Positions 50,155 through 62,772 of a DNA stretch of 64,000 nt are shown here, in pieces; position 1 is the first letter of the stretch, and each line of letters opens with the position of its first letter. Under the pieces are notes generated by a model that ran no database searches, had not been told where the DNA came from, and saw only the letters and a list, made by a program, of their open reading frames with translations. This DNA is from Marsupella aquatica (Eukaryota > Plantae > Marchantiophyta): contig OZ316898.1 in NCBI GenBank assembly GCA_973895155.1, positions 7,117,079 through 7,181,078 on the forward strand, given 5' to 3'. The translations under genes were made by a program, and so were the position numbers.

Positions 50155-51859
50155 ACGACGTCATTTATGTGACGCTGATTCCGTCAGATCAGACAAATCC
50201 AAGGTTTGTAGTCAGCTCGTACACAGTGCCACCTGATTTAACAACTGTTTGATTGATTTCGGACATCCGAATGAGTCTAGTAATTTTGGATAAAATTGTT
50301 TCTGCTAATAAATGGATTTTGATGGCCAGAATTAGGGTCAATCTTTCTTGTTCAAGATTGTGTGGTGTACCATAGCTGTAGTATAGCTTGACTGGTTTCA
50401 GATTAACAGTTGTTTAAATGTTGTATTGCAGGGAGATATCCCATCTGATCATCAGCAGTAGAATGCTCCCAGTCTGCCTGACTTTAACCTGTCGAGTGTT
50501 GACGGAGGTTAGTCAAGAGTTTTGTCATCTACGATAGAATCATCTTTCGAGTCGTTAGGCTTATGACTGCAGTGGTGCTACGCGGAATAAGTTCAACGTC
50601 TGGCAGTCCTGAATCAGTACGGATTCGAATTTAGCAGTAACGATTGTTAGAATATAGCTCATTGAGTATGGAGTTTCTTTCAGTGCTTGGTTATCCGAGT
50701 ATGTTCTTGACAGATTTGAAAATTTAATCCTTTTCAGAGGGACATGTCAAGAACAACGGAGGCGAAAGTAATGAGATTCCGTTTGAGCAAGTTGTGAGTA
50801 GTGCAGAGATAGTACCTTTCCCTACTTTGAAGGTTGTTTCTTCCTCCAATATGGATATATTCTTCTGCCGGAAGCTCAAATTTATGTAGGGATGCTCGGC
50901 AGCAAGTTACCCCTCAGTGGCTCTGGATTATAAAGAGCAGCTAAGGTAGTGATCTTATTTCAAAGGTGTGCTACCAGAAGGATTTAAAACCGGAAACTTG
51001 AAGAAGTAAATCTGTCGTGTTTACTTTTGTGACGGTTACTGTTCCTCTGGTTTTGGTATCGGTTTCATCCTAGTTCATACCCTTCTAATGCCTTTCACTC
51101 CTTGACATTTGGAAGTCTGTCAAATCTACATTTCAAGGGATGCATCCATTAGAAGTGTCACCGTTGGGAATTATTCACAGTCTACTCGCCAATTCAGATT
51201 CCCTTGAGACACAGTTCATGTTGTTGCAAGTCCTAAGTTATCCTCCACTTGTTCTCGATGGCCAATTTATGGAAACTAGATCTGTCCATTCTGTTGACTA
51301 TCATGTTTGCGCAGATCAGAAATGATGATCCAAATACTACTACGTGTAAATATCTTGAACCTTGTGCTACATATGTGTTTAAAGCCCGATAATTTTGTGA
51401 TAGTAGTGTTCTGCGAAATGTTGCAAATGAAGAGTTTGAGGGTAAGAGCCAGCATGTTGCCTAGGTGCGGTCAACAACTCTTTGTCCTCGGTCAAGCATC
51501 AGTGATCTTAATTCATCGTGGCAGTGAAACCCATGGAAATCTGCGACATTAGGACTCACAGCATCCCTGCCAGAGATTATGAAAGTCTTTTCCAAATAGT
51601 AATGGTGTGTCGATTCCATAAATTTGAGAGAAAAGTAATCCTAACCGCCGGTGTACTACTCAAGCTGATATGCAACGTTGGAAATCTCGATTGCAGCGTA
51701 TTGTTGGGTAGCTACATTATTTACAATCTAAACTCATGTCAGTTTCATTGCAAATGTTGTGCAACGACTGCATGCAATGCAACGCTTTTATAGCCACTTG
51801 GAGCCACAGTATAAACCTACCAATCGAAGTGTCCAAAGCTAGTTGAACTTCGGATAGCT

Positions 51860-52057
51860 AGTTGAAAGTCGACACGACTGCTGTCCTTCCCATTATCAGG
51901 CGATCCAGTCAGAGCTTCTTGCAGTCAGTAAATCTGCTCCGACCCAGTATTCAAGGCACTCGTGGCCTCGTCCAGCAGCTAGTGAAATTGCGGGATTCCT
52001 CAGCACAGCCCGAGCGATGGCCACTCGTGGCTTTTGTCCGCCTGAGAGCTGGACTCG
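51860..52057 (-). pseudogene. ABCB (P-glycoprotein-type) NBD fragment
   Basis: VQLSGGQKPRVAIARAVLRNPAI, then after a frameshift LLDEATSALN.GSEQ...QEAL. This covers the ABC signature, Walker B and D-loop. Confidence 0.85.
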
Positions 52058-52500
52058 TTTTCCTTTTTGGTTACGTGATTGGATTGGATTCATGAACAAC
52101 ACAGCGGATGCTCTATGAATACCCTTCCCTCACGACACGATCGAAAATAAAGGGGCTGAAGGGGCATAAGCGCTACTACTACGTCTTCTTCGTGGCCACA
52201 GAACCTGCTTCCGGGAGGCAAGGGAGTCCAAGGAAGGGCGTCCAAGGAAGGGCTGCCTGTTTGGCTGGAAGGGCTCATCAAGCAAGGGCGTCCAAGGAAG
52301 GGCTGCCTGTTTGGCTGGAGGCTGGCTCGGAGAAGAGCATGAGGCTTTACTTGAAGCTGGGGTGGGAAGTGGTGGAGGAGTTGGTGTTGGGGAAGGGAAA
52401 GGCGACAGCGGATGGGACATTGATGCAGGGTGGGGAGGGTGTGAAGCTTTGGCCCATGGTGTGGTGGCCACCAACGACTAAAGAGTGAAAGCTAGTGTTA
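52051..52500 (+). pseudogene. Truncated, scrambled copy of GNAT exon 2 and its intron end
   Basis: Aligns to 57648-58071 and lacks exon 1. The acetyl-CoA motif region is replaced by duplicated CCAAGGAAGGGCTGCCTGTTTGGCTGGA pieces. Confidence 0.9.
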
Positions 52501-55500
52501 ACAGCCTTACATACGTACTATAAGATTTCGTTGTGACGAGAATGCGGCCCAATGCAAGGGCATTGAGATATATCCTCTCTACTCATGCGTGGATCGAAAG
52601 AAGAAAAATTATAATTGTAAACAATGGAGAAACCTCATGTTCTACAGTTTCTATCCTCGAATACTAGAGTCCGTACGGCTCAAGCTTCATTAATTTAGAT
52701 CTAATCGAGAAGATTAAGCTTAGCTTCTGAACCTTATTCCCAACCACCTGCATACAGCAAGAGAGTCTTCCTCCTTCCTACACCTCACTCTCGAGTCTTG
52801 CAGAAGAGGAGTCGATCTCCTAGGTAGGTACCCCAATGTACTGTTTTCTTGTACTCGACTCTCGTCCTCGACCATTAGCAGGGATCAAACTTAGCCGCAA
52901 GAAAGCTGCCCACTGTAAAAGAACGAATATAGATGCTGTCAAATCTACAATTGCACTAGATAGGTCACGGATGTTAACTCACGACAGTAGGACGAACTAA
53001 TTAATTAACCAGCTCTATTCAATTTGGTTATAATGTAACACGGCCTACATTTATTTCACAATTACAAGTTCATGCTTTTCTCAACAAAGACTAGTCTCGC
53101 GGACATGAGTGTCCGTCTCCACTCATCTACTTCTCAATCTCTATAATTTCGTTGCTCTGCTACCATTGATGGTACTTTTCATTACGACTCTCCTTCCTCT
53201 CCAACAGTCCGGCATCTGGACGTAACTCCTCTATGGAGATCAATATCTTCATGAATGTCATCGAGAATGTCGTGCTCAGTCTCCAAAGACTGCGTTCTGC
53301 GCGCAGTTCAGGTGAACAACATAGCTTGAAACTTCTTCCACGTGTATGACTATCGTAAACTCTTGTCCTTCCTCTAAAATCAATGTTTTGACTTTCAAAT
53401 GACCAAGTCTTCAATAAACAAGCTACAATGAAAGGAATGAATGCATCAACCGATGAACGGGAATTTACCAAAAGGCCACACCACCAGGCCGCAAGAGAAA
53501 AAAGCGCAAGGAACACTTCAAAATCCGTCTACACAGAAAAACTCTTGGCCTTCTTTCACCCAGTCCAGGAAATACAGTAAGTTTGCTAGAAAGTTGGAGG
53601 CAGAGGACGGATTATATTGCTTGCAAATCCCTTTTCCATTCACAGGACAGACAACGTGTGCTTGTCAGGAGCACGAACACAAGTAGGACCATGCATTTCA
53701 AGGGCAACGAAGTTTGACCAAAGCTTGGGTGCATAAACGTTGAATGTCCATTCTACGAAAGAAATTGCTCATTCAGCGGTTACACCAAGCAATCGATTAG
53801 GATCAGAGATACACCTGACTAGCATTAGCAGACGACCTGTTTATCCAGGAACAATGCACCCGCAATGCAATGCAATGCACTAACACTAAATGTGATAGTA
53901 TCAACCAAAGCTTGAGCTGCTGCAAAAGGAACGAAAAACTCGAGCTGTTGCAAAAGGTTGCAAAACTAAGGAACAAATCCTGGTGTTCATTCCTACCTAT
54001 ATGAGATCAAATCTGGTTTAAGGAGATCCCCTCTCACTGACCAAACTTGAAACTTGTTGACATCCTTTTTCTAAACTCTTTTTGGAAAATAAATAATACA
54101 ACTCTCAAGAACACTTAGTTCTTGGAATCCACGGGTTGCATTGTACAACATTGATTTTGGACAATTGTACTCTTTGATTCTTTCTGGATAAGATTGGGTT
54201 AATACTCTGCAATTTCAATAATATATCATTTCACCTTTCGTTCTTGCATAGAATGAAAGTAATGTAGGACTCACAACTCTATTTCCCAACGCGCTCTGCT
54301 TCTGGCCTAATGCCCACAACATTTCTTGGAGTAAAAAAATCTGGACCAGGCCAGGCATCTAACGTGATGGACTTTGAAATTCTTTGGAACCCACCTTCAT
54401 GAACCCAGGTCATGAACTCACGAGTTCTCATTTCCGGGCTCATTTCTAAGTCTTAGTCCTTGCCTGAAACCTGTTTTCCCTTGATTGCATCACAAGAGAC
54501 TCATCCAAAGGGCAATAGTAATTGTTTGTTGCTTTACCGGGCTTTACCAGGTACTGGTGGGAGTGTTCCTAGCTAGAGCATCTCCAACCATTATTGAGTT
54601 GGTCTATTGTAACCTTATAGTTAAATTGACCAAACCCAATATGGTTGAAGCCAAAACAACAACACAATGGGTTTATTGGAACTCTATAACTCAATTCTGA
54701 GCTTCCTGGGTTTTCTGTTACAGGATCTGTATAGGAGCTGTATATGAGCTGCTGTATAGTGCATTGATTGAATACAGGATTGATACTTGTGTTCTTGAAG
54801 ATCTAAATAATGATGAGTATTCAACAGTGCCTATGTGAGGAGGCACTAAATAACCTGGTAACCATTGGGCTTGCATTTTGACATATCATTCTTTACTATA
54901 TAAGTATACCAGGCGCAGTCAATTGGAAGTTTTGGGGGCTGCCTGGTGTTACCATGGCTGTTGAGTGGGTGCTCACATATGGGTAAATGGTGCATTGTTG
55001 GCAGTTTTCTGGCAGCAGCTGGGCAGACTGGATTGGCAGCCTTCGGTGGGTGGATTTGGCTGTTGCCCTGATAGTTACTAGGCTGGTTTTCTGGTTAGAG
55101 AGTTTGCTTCTTTTGGATGGCTTTGCACCTTTTGTGTTTTTTTTTGGGGGGGAAGGTCTTTTTTGGTTTTTAACTTTTTGGAACTCCACATAAAGGGAAC
55201 AGTAAGTCACAACATTTGATCCCAATATCTATGTCACTACTGAAGTGAATTATCAAATAGTCATGACTCTCTGGGGCAATGCTCCTTTTGTGTTGTCTTT
55301 GCTCTTTCATTAGCTTTGTTCAGTTGGCAGTTTTCCACCTTCTGGGGTTCCTCCCTCCCTCGCTGATCTGCCCCCTTCCCATTAGTCTGTAGGGTTGGGC
55401 CCTTCTCCTTGTACTCTTTGGGAGTGCTCCTTCTTCTTGCCCCTTAGTTTCATTGCTTTTGTTTTCTCCTGACTCCTCCCCTCAAAAGGGAGTCATTGTT

Positions 55501-55604
55501 TTGCTCAGATGTTCCCGTGTGCCTCTCAAGCTGGATCATTGTTTCGTCCAGGTGTTCCCGTGTTATAAAGTTTCTTGGGACCCTTGCCCCATTCATAAAA
55601 AGAA

Positions 55605-55775
55605 AAAGTTATTAATAAACAAATGGACAGTTCTTTACGCTCTATTGAATTTGCCCCGTTCTGAAAAACATAAATTTATAAATAAACAAAACTGACAGTT
55701 CTTTACGCTCTATCGAATTGCCCCATTCTTAAAAACAAAAATTTATAAATAAATAAAACAGACTGCTCTGTACGC
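55605..55775. repeat. ~66-bp tandem repeat, about 2.5 copies
   Basis: Unit AATAAACAAA..GACAGTTCTTTACGCTCTAT.GAATT.GCCCC.TTCT. Confidence 0.75.
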
Positions 55776-57108
55776 TCGTTTTAATTGTATAGAGTAAGTA
55801 AGGAAATTCCATATGCAGTTGGAGATCTCTTTTAGTTGGGCACTTTGACGCGATGCCTCCGTTGACCCGGCTGTTGCGCATGTGCGACTTAACAGTGCTT
55901 TCTCTCTCTGCAAGTAATTGGAATGGGCTACCTCAGGTCTCGGTCTGCCTAGCCCTTCCATCAAATCGAGCCTCCTACAGGCTTGTGCAAGGCTGCAAGG
56001 ATGACATTGCCTTGCCCAGATTGCTTGAAGCCGGACCTTTTGCCTCTCTTTGCTGAAATTCTGCTTCCCCACATCGATTATTGGGACCCAGGTTCTTCTG
56101 ACTCCGACTCGCAAGCTGGACCATTCTGCTGCCCCCAATCGATCCTAGCTAGCTCCCCAGCTAGCTACGGCACTGCCAATTCTCATTGCTTGGTTCTCGA
56201 GTTCGATCTGCAAGGGCTGGACCGTGCTGCCTTCATCGATCGACTGCTCCAGTATTTAGATTACTGCTTTCCTGTAAAAAGGTTTGGTACTCCCTTTGCT
56301 CTCACTGGCAACATTGACCTTCCCCCGCAGACCCGTGTTTCAAGCGCTTCGGCTGTGCTTCCCTTTTGCTAGTTTGCCTGCGTCCATTGCCATCTTGATT
56401 TTCCACGTACCGCTGCTCAAGATGACCTGAACGAGAATGAAGTGAACGGAATGATCTGATTTCATTCGCCCGGTTGGATACTATTACTGTTGGATTTTGA
56501 TTCGAGGTAACTTCGAGTTCAAATGCAATTCCGGGAGACATTCTGCGATTAGGGATTCTCAAACAAGTGTAATTGGTTTTATTGTTAATAATAGATCCAG
56601 CAATGAGTGGATAGAAAATTCAGGAGTCACACTTATGCCACTTAAATGCGTGACATTTTCTAGTAAGACATTCAAGAATCAAGAGATCTGCTAATCTAAT
56701 TGAGGACGCGGTTGCCTCCTTGCAGGGCATCAATTCTCCTTACGTGTTGGCCAATCTTGATAACAGCGTAGCCGCCGTGATCAGCAGCCTCCGTAGTAGT
56801 TCGTTCGTCCATGCTTGGCACCAGCAAAATTGGCAATTATCTCACTTCTGGCGACAAAAAGGGGCTCATTGCTTCTGTCACTACAGACTGCCGTTACTGT
56901 AGTCGTCTCGATCATCAAGCCACATTGCTGAAGCAGGTACATCTTGAGCCCTGATAGCTCAAATCGAAAGCAGGTACACTCCAAAACGTGAGACAGGTAG
57001 ATCTTCTAATCTCATTCCGCAACAAGCAATCAAGCTGCCATCGCAGCCAACGTCCAGGTCGCCGTCGGAATTCCAACTCAGCACTCACCTCACACTCGGG
57101 CTTTCCAA

Positions 57109-58059
57109 ATGTCATCCCACCAAATATCAACAGGCGGCCATGACAACAGCCGTCGCCTTGTCCCCAACGCCTCCTTGCTACTCTCCTGCGCCTTCGCCTC
57201 TGACCCCGTGATAAACTACTTGATATCCTCGATGCCGGCCGCGAAGCGAGCCGCCTATCTTCCTGAATATTTCACAGCTTTGTTGACGGCAGCGACGATG
57301 AATCATGGAAGTATTGAGAGCATTGCGGATCCGATTGGAAATGCGCCGGAGGAGGAGGACGGTCAGGGTGGGAAAGCGGTGCACGAAGAATGTGGGGAAT
57401 GGAAGTGCTGCGGGGTGCTGATGCCGCCTGGAGAGGCTATCGATAATCCGTGGACGCTTTTGCCGGCAGGGCTGCTGAAGATGGCGCGAAGTGTGAGATG
57501 GGGAGGTTGTGTGGTATGTGTTTTCAGGACCTTTCCTTTCTGTTCAGCTTTCTCGATTGTCTGAGAAAGCAAATTTTCTAACAGATCGATCTTGGTTACA
57601 ACTATAACTCTGATTGCTACATTTTCGTCGTTGATCATGTGATTGGATTGGACTCGTTTTCCTTTTGGTTACGTGATTGGATTGGATTCATGGACAACAC
57701 AGCGCATGCTGCATGAATACCCTTCCCTCATGACACAAGCGAAAAAGAAGGGTCTGAAGGGGCAGAAGCGCTACTACTACGTCTTCGTCGTGGGCACAAA
57801 ACCTGCCGCCGAGAGGCAAGGGCTATGTTCAGCCATCATGAGGGAGTATCAAGCAAGGGCGGCCAAGGAAGGGCTGCCGGTTTGGCTGGAGGCTACGACG
57901 GAGAAGAGCATGAGGCTTTACTTGAAGCTGGGGTGGGAAGTGGTGGAGGAATTGGTATTGGGGAAGGGAAAGGCGACAGCGGATGGGACATTGACGCAGG
58001 GTGGGGAGGGTATAAAGGTTTGGCCCATGGTGTGGTGGCCATCAGCGACTAAAGAGTGA
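57109..58059 (+). CDS. GNAT-family N-acetyltransferase of fungal (ascomycete) type, 2 exons, ~253 aa
   Basis: Exons 57109-57513 and 57703-58059 (GTATGT...CACAG). Motifs AFASDPVINYL, LMPPGEAIDNPWTLLPAG, RYYYVFVVGT...RQGLCS (motif A), PVWLEATTEKSMRLYLKLGW (motif B) and GEGIKVWPMVWWP. Confidence 0.88.
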
Positions 58060-58959
58060 AAGCTAATGTTGACCAACTAATATCCCTGGAAGAGTATGCC
58101 CATCACACAGTACTCTACTAGTCTCTTCATTAAGAAAGTAAAATCTGAACTTACATAATTTGGGTTTGTCTTCAAATCAATTGTGAAGAAAATCAATTGT
58201 GAAGAAAAGACAAACAGAATAAAAAATTATATGAACTTTGAGTTTGTGCTCAAGTGTGAAGAGAACACAAACAGAATCAAAAAGAGTATGAGTGAAAACA
58301 CTTCACGGATTAAAATGTATGCACTCCTCTTGTTACCAGGGCATAGTGGGTAATACTAGCCTCTCAAAGCTTTGGCTCAAGCCCTCATTTTCTGGGCTTT
58401 ATAGCCCACAAGGCCCTCGAAACAGGGCGTTACTATATACTAATGACCTGCGACTAAACTTGCAATGTCACATCTGAGAGGAAATATCTAGTTTTGGTCA
58501 CATTTGCAATGGATGATGCAAGTATAGCAAAACCTGTAAAGTTTCCTGAGAGCGAGCGAAAATCTCCACAGGAGATGCTATGAGTATCGACATGCGAGTT
58601 GCGTCTGGGCTCCTGCGCTTCGCATACCGGCGGACGAACTGGACTGAATGCAAGTTTATCTGGGAGAGCCCTCGAGAATTGGATTGTGCTCGAGAATGGA
58701 GGTCCTGATGGCCCGGACGCTGGCGACGACACCGCTTTCACAGGCAATAGCGAGCTCATCAGCACCATCCCCAGCACTATTTCACGGGGCCTGGAATTAT
58801 GCACATCGAATTTCTGGGGTCGAGGTTAGGATTAGGGTTTAGCAGCATCAGTAGCAGGAGCAGGGCACGGCGGAGAAGGAGCTGCAGGGATTTATCATCC
58901 GAGAGTTCGAGCAGCAGGAAGCGAGTTTCTCTTCACCTCTAGAGCTCATCAGCAACGGC

Positions 58960-60127
58960 TATGGGCGAGGGGCGGTCCTGCGGTTCAGAATATGGACCCC
59001 AGCACCATGCTTTTGCAGCAGAGGGTCGTCGTTCTTGGTGGACAGGTTGGTTGCAATCCTGATTACTCGGTTGTTGCGTGATTCAGCTTTTTGCTTAGAA
59101 ACCGACCATTCACAATGAGAGAGCGGATGTAATATGAATTAATGTTTTGGCTTCATTAACTCTCCTGGTGTTTCAGTTATTGCCCATGAGCCTCTCTGTT
59201 TTTTCCATATAGCGCGGTTCACGAGTGTTCTGTTCTAGCAATTGGAGGCTAAATTTGACATGTTTGTAATTCCGAATGCGGAATTGAGCAGTGAGGATTT
59301 AAATACGTCTGTCGACAATCTCCAGAGACTTAACTAAGCAGTGAGACCAGGGATGGGGATCTACGATGCAATGAAGTTGTGCAGAGCAGATGTATCCACA
59401 ATTTGCTTTGGTTTGTTCTTACTGCTTGTTCCTTTGCCGCCGGCAACGAGTAAGAACACTCCCATTTGCATGCCTAATGCTCGGGTTATGATTCAGCAAC
59501 CTTTGGGTGGTGCGGATTGATCAGTAAGGTCATGTGCTGCCACATTAGAAAACGTTTTCTCTCCTTTCGCCTTCGAAAAGAAATTTTATCGCAGCGAATA
59601 AGATCTGGCAACATCTTCTCTTTTGGGGCCCGTATCCCAAATCCAATTGGGAACTTTGTTAGAAGATATTCAACTTTATCTCTAACCGTTGCAAAAATCA
59701 GATTCCGGACCTGTCACATGAAGGTTAATTTGTTGGATTTCGATTTCTTGTTCGACAAGCTACATGGGTACGTGAATACCTGGAACCAGGCTCTAATGTC
59801 TGTTTTCCTGTTACTAATTGTCGGGCAATAGTATTAGTCCTGCAAGTGAGGGAGATGATGTATCACAAGAGGAAGTTATTTAAAATTATAGCTCGCTTGA
59901 ATGGGCAAACAGAGGAACAGGTTATCTATCTTGAGCTTGTGGCTGCTATAGGAGAAGGCAAGGAGCCACCAAAGTCCTGTGTTTGGGATTATTGGATTGC
60001 AAAGGAAGGGAAAGACAGGAAAAGTCTCCCCACCGAGGAAGTCAATTTCCATGGAGGAAAACAATTTGGAGATAGACTGGAGGAATCGGTGGAAGAGAGT
60101 AAAGAAGGAGAGATGGCAGCGGTATAA
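58960..60127 (+). pseudogene. CLPP3: Plastid ClpP3-like protease subunit pseudogene (intron-retaining)
   Basis: MDPSTMLLQQRVVVLGGQ; FINSPG; GMGIYDAMKLCRADVSTICFGL; CMPNARVMIQQPLGG then stop; VREMMYHK..; ClpP3-type tail AIGEGKEPPKSCVWDYW..LPTE. Several deletions. Transit-peptide remnant probably lies at ~58500-58960. Confidence 0.85.
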
Positions 60128-61859
60128 ACGTCATTAGAATTCCCATTAAGAAGGTTTATGAATCTGTGGAGTGACAATGAAGAGTTGTGCATGTCTCGTG
60201 CTAGATCCGGTTGGACTTTGGTTTGCTCTGGTGGCTGGAAACCCATTCCAGAGCAAAAAGCTTTGCCCCTCTTCCAGTCATGCAAGTAGGAATCTCCTTG
60301 TGAAGCTCTGTATATGATTTAACAGAGCTTCGCATTCGTCTCATTCTACTGTCACAATGCTATGTGCTTTCATTTAATTTGTTTCTTCCAGGTGTACCAA
60401 ATTCCAGTCACATTCTAAATGTCAGAAAGTTTTGAAGCCATCAGTCTTCAGTCAACAGCTCTCGTTACAGCCAGAATTCTTAAGTATGGGTCATGCTCAA
60501 GGGGATGATCTTCGCAAGCCCCACAAGCCCTTAGACAGCCACTGATGGGATCTACATCATCTCAAGTTGTGTTAAAGAGCCGTCACGTGGGTATTGGAAA
60601 GCCATCACATGAGCTTGTATTAAATCCAACCATCACAGGAATGCCATGACCTTGGATGCTGTGATAGCTGTGTACTTATTGACCGTCTTGTCTACACACC
60701 TGGTTTTCAGTGTCGGGTCTCTCATAGCTACCACACTGGTTTGAAAAACTGACTGTAGATTCATGTTACATTCTAATACATACATTTCCGAGCAGATCGT
60801 TTCCACAAGTAATATAAACCTCCCTGAAGGCCTCTTTACATAACCTTTTCCCGATTTGTGAGGGCCCATCTCCTCAGGCCCTCTTTTGCATAATCATTTG
60901 GCACTCTCCAATCCGAGATCCCATTAGCACTCCATAGGAGCAGGTGTTTGTGACTCACTCCCGTTGTCACTGCAGGGAAAGCAAGTGCTTGTGAGCTCAC
61001 TCCCATCCCCAAAATATCACTGGCACTTTTATAAAAACAAGTGTTTGGGAACTCAGTCCCATCTACAGACCACCTCCGCAGTTGGTATTTCTATTCGGGC
61101 TGTAGGCCCATTGAGCATCTTTAGCTATAAATAAAAACAAAACTAGAATACTGTTAAAGACATGGACATGAATTTCCAAAGCTCACGTTTGAAAACAGTC
61201 ATAGATTAAAGCATTGGGTGAAATTAATGAGGATCATTGCTGCCCAAAAACCTAGTAACCCTAAACTCTGGCAGGGTTAAATGAATGACGATCATTGCTC
61301 CAAAGCCCAAAACCTTAGTAACCACAAATTCTGGCACCTACAGGATTGACTAAAGAAACTTTGATTGAGGCTGAGTAGTGCGGTCATCTTGAAGTCTATT
61401 TAATTACTTAATCTTATGTAATAAACTATAATATGCAGTTGTGCTCCTTTTTTTTCATGGTATGTTTACAAAATTTAATTTTGGCCGAAGTCTCTTTGGC
61501 TGCTCAATTATGGTGACAAATTTTACTAACCTTGAGATGGACCTAAAAGTGCCCATGTGCACATTTTCCTCGCCCAGTGAGTCACTCTCCCTCAAACTTG
61601 CACACTCTTTAAAATCCAGCTGTGAGATCGATATGTTGACTCCCCTCAGCATTTGATTACCTGGCCATCTCACTTATGCTCAAGAACACTCCCACTCAAC
61701 ATCCCTTGAGCTCATTGTCCCTCACTATGGACAATACTTGTAACCCACCTACTAGTCTGTCAATTCTCATAAGCAAAGTGTTATGGCTGTGACTATTTGA
61801 ACATTTGACCCTCAGGGGCACTTATACAAGAAGCCCATAAGAAATTTTTTCCCAACCAT

Positions 61860-62210
61860 ACCACCATTTTATGACCTCTGCTGAATTTCACTTACAGCCC
61901 TGTTTTGACAAAACCTATTGAGCTATGTCCCGACCATAAAACCATTTTATACATTGGCCGAAGCTCACTTACAGCCCAGTTTTGACACACACTATTTCCC
62001 AAGATCCAGACCATATAACCATTTTATGACCTTGGCCTAAGTTCACTTAGGGCCCTGTTTAGACACCCCTATTGAGCTACTGGTCTGCATTTATTACAGT
62101 ACATCTCAAAGAGATTTATGGGGTTGAGGTCTCGGACAGGTGATCTAAAATCCCAATTTCATTGACCAGGCCCTGGTTGTGACACGCCCTATTAATTAAG
62201 CTACTGGTCT
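61860..62210. repeat. Degenerate ~75-80-bp tandem repeat
   Basis: Recurring ACCATTTTAT..CACTTACAGCCCTGTTTTGACA..CCTATTGAGCTA. Confidence 0.65.
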
Positions 62211-62772
62211 AAATTCCCAGTGTCATTCCCCAATCGAGGTTTTGGGTTTACTGATCTATGCACCTCCAGCGATCGAATGCAAGTGCTGTTTCGTGCGGAT
62301 CCTGGTGAATCGTTGTGGAACTTCCACTGAATCTGTGTTTGGTTTGAGCTTGCTGTTCTGCCTTCAGCTCTCTGGGAGCTCCGAATTACGTATTCGTGGT
62401 TTTGGGTTTACTGATCTATGCTCCTGAGTCTTCCAGCGATCGAAAGAAATGGATAGACTCGAAGAATAAGCTAATGCGGCATGTTGATCGAAATGTGATC
62501 GAAGCATTCGGCCTGAATACTTTAGATCCTTGTGTTTCAGGGTTTTGTGGTGTATGAAGAGTTCGGAGATCGAAGCCAAGTGATTCCAAAATGCAAATCA
62601 ATGCTGCACGGTGTTGATAGAAATGCGAACGAAGCAATTGGGTTAAGTAATTTCGATACCTGTGACATCCGGAGCTTTGTCCTCTCTCTCGCTCGGCCTC
62701 GTTCGCAACATACGGATCGGGGTGGAGCGTCTAGGGTTTTAGGTCCGGGTGATTGGATCGGAGTTCAGCAAA

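Noticed and set aside
53100-53600. SNARE- or transporter-like peptide fragments
   Set aside because: Similarity too weak and mutually inconsistent to support a call.
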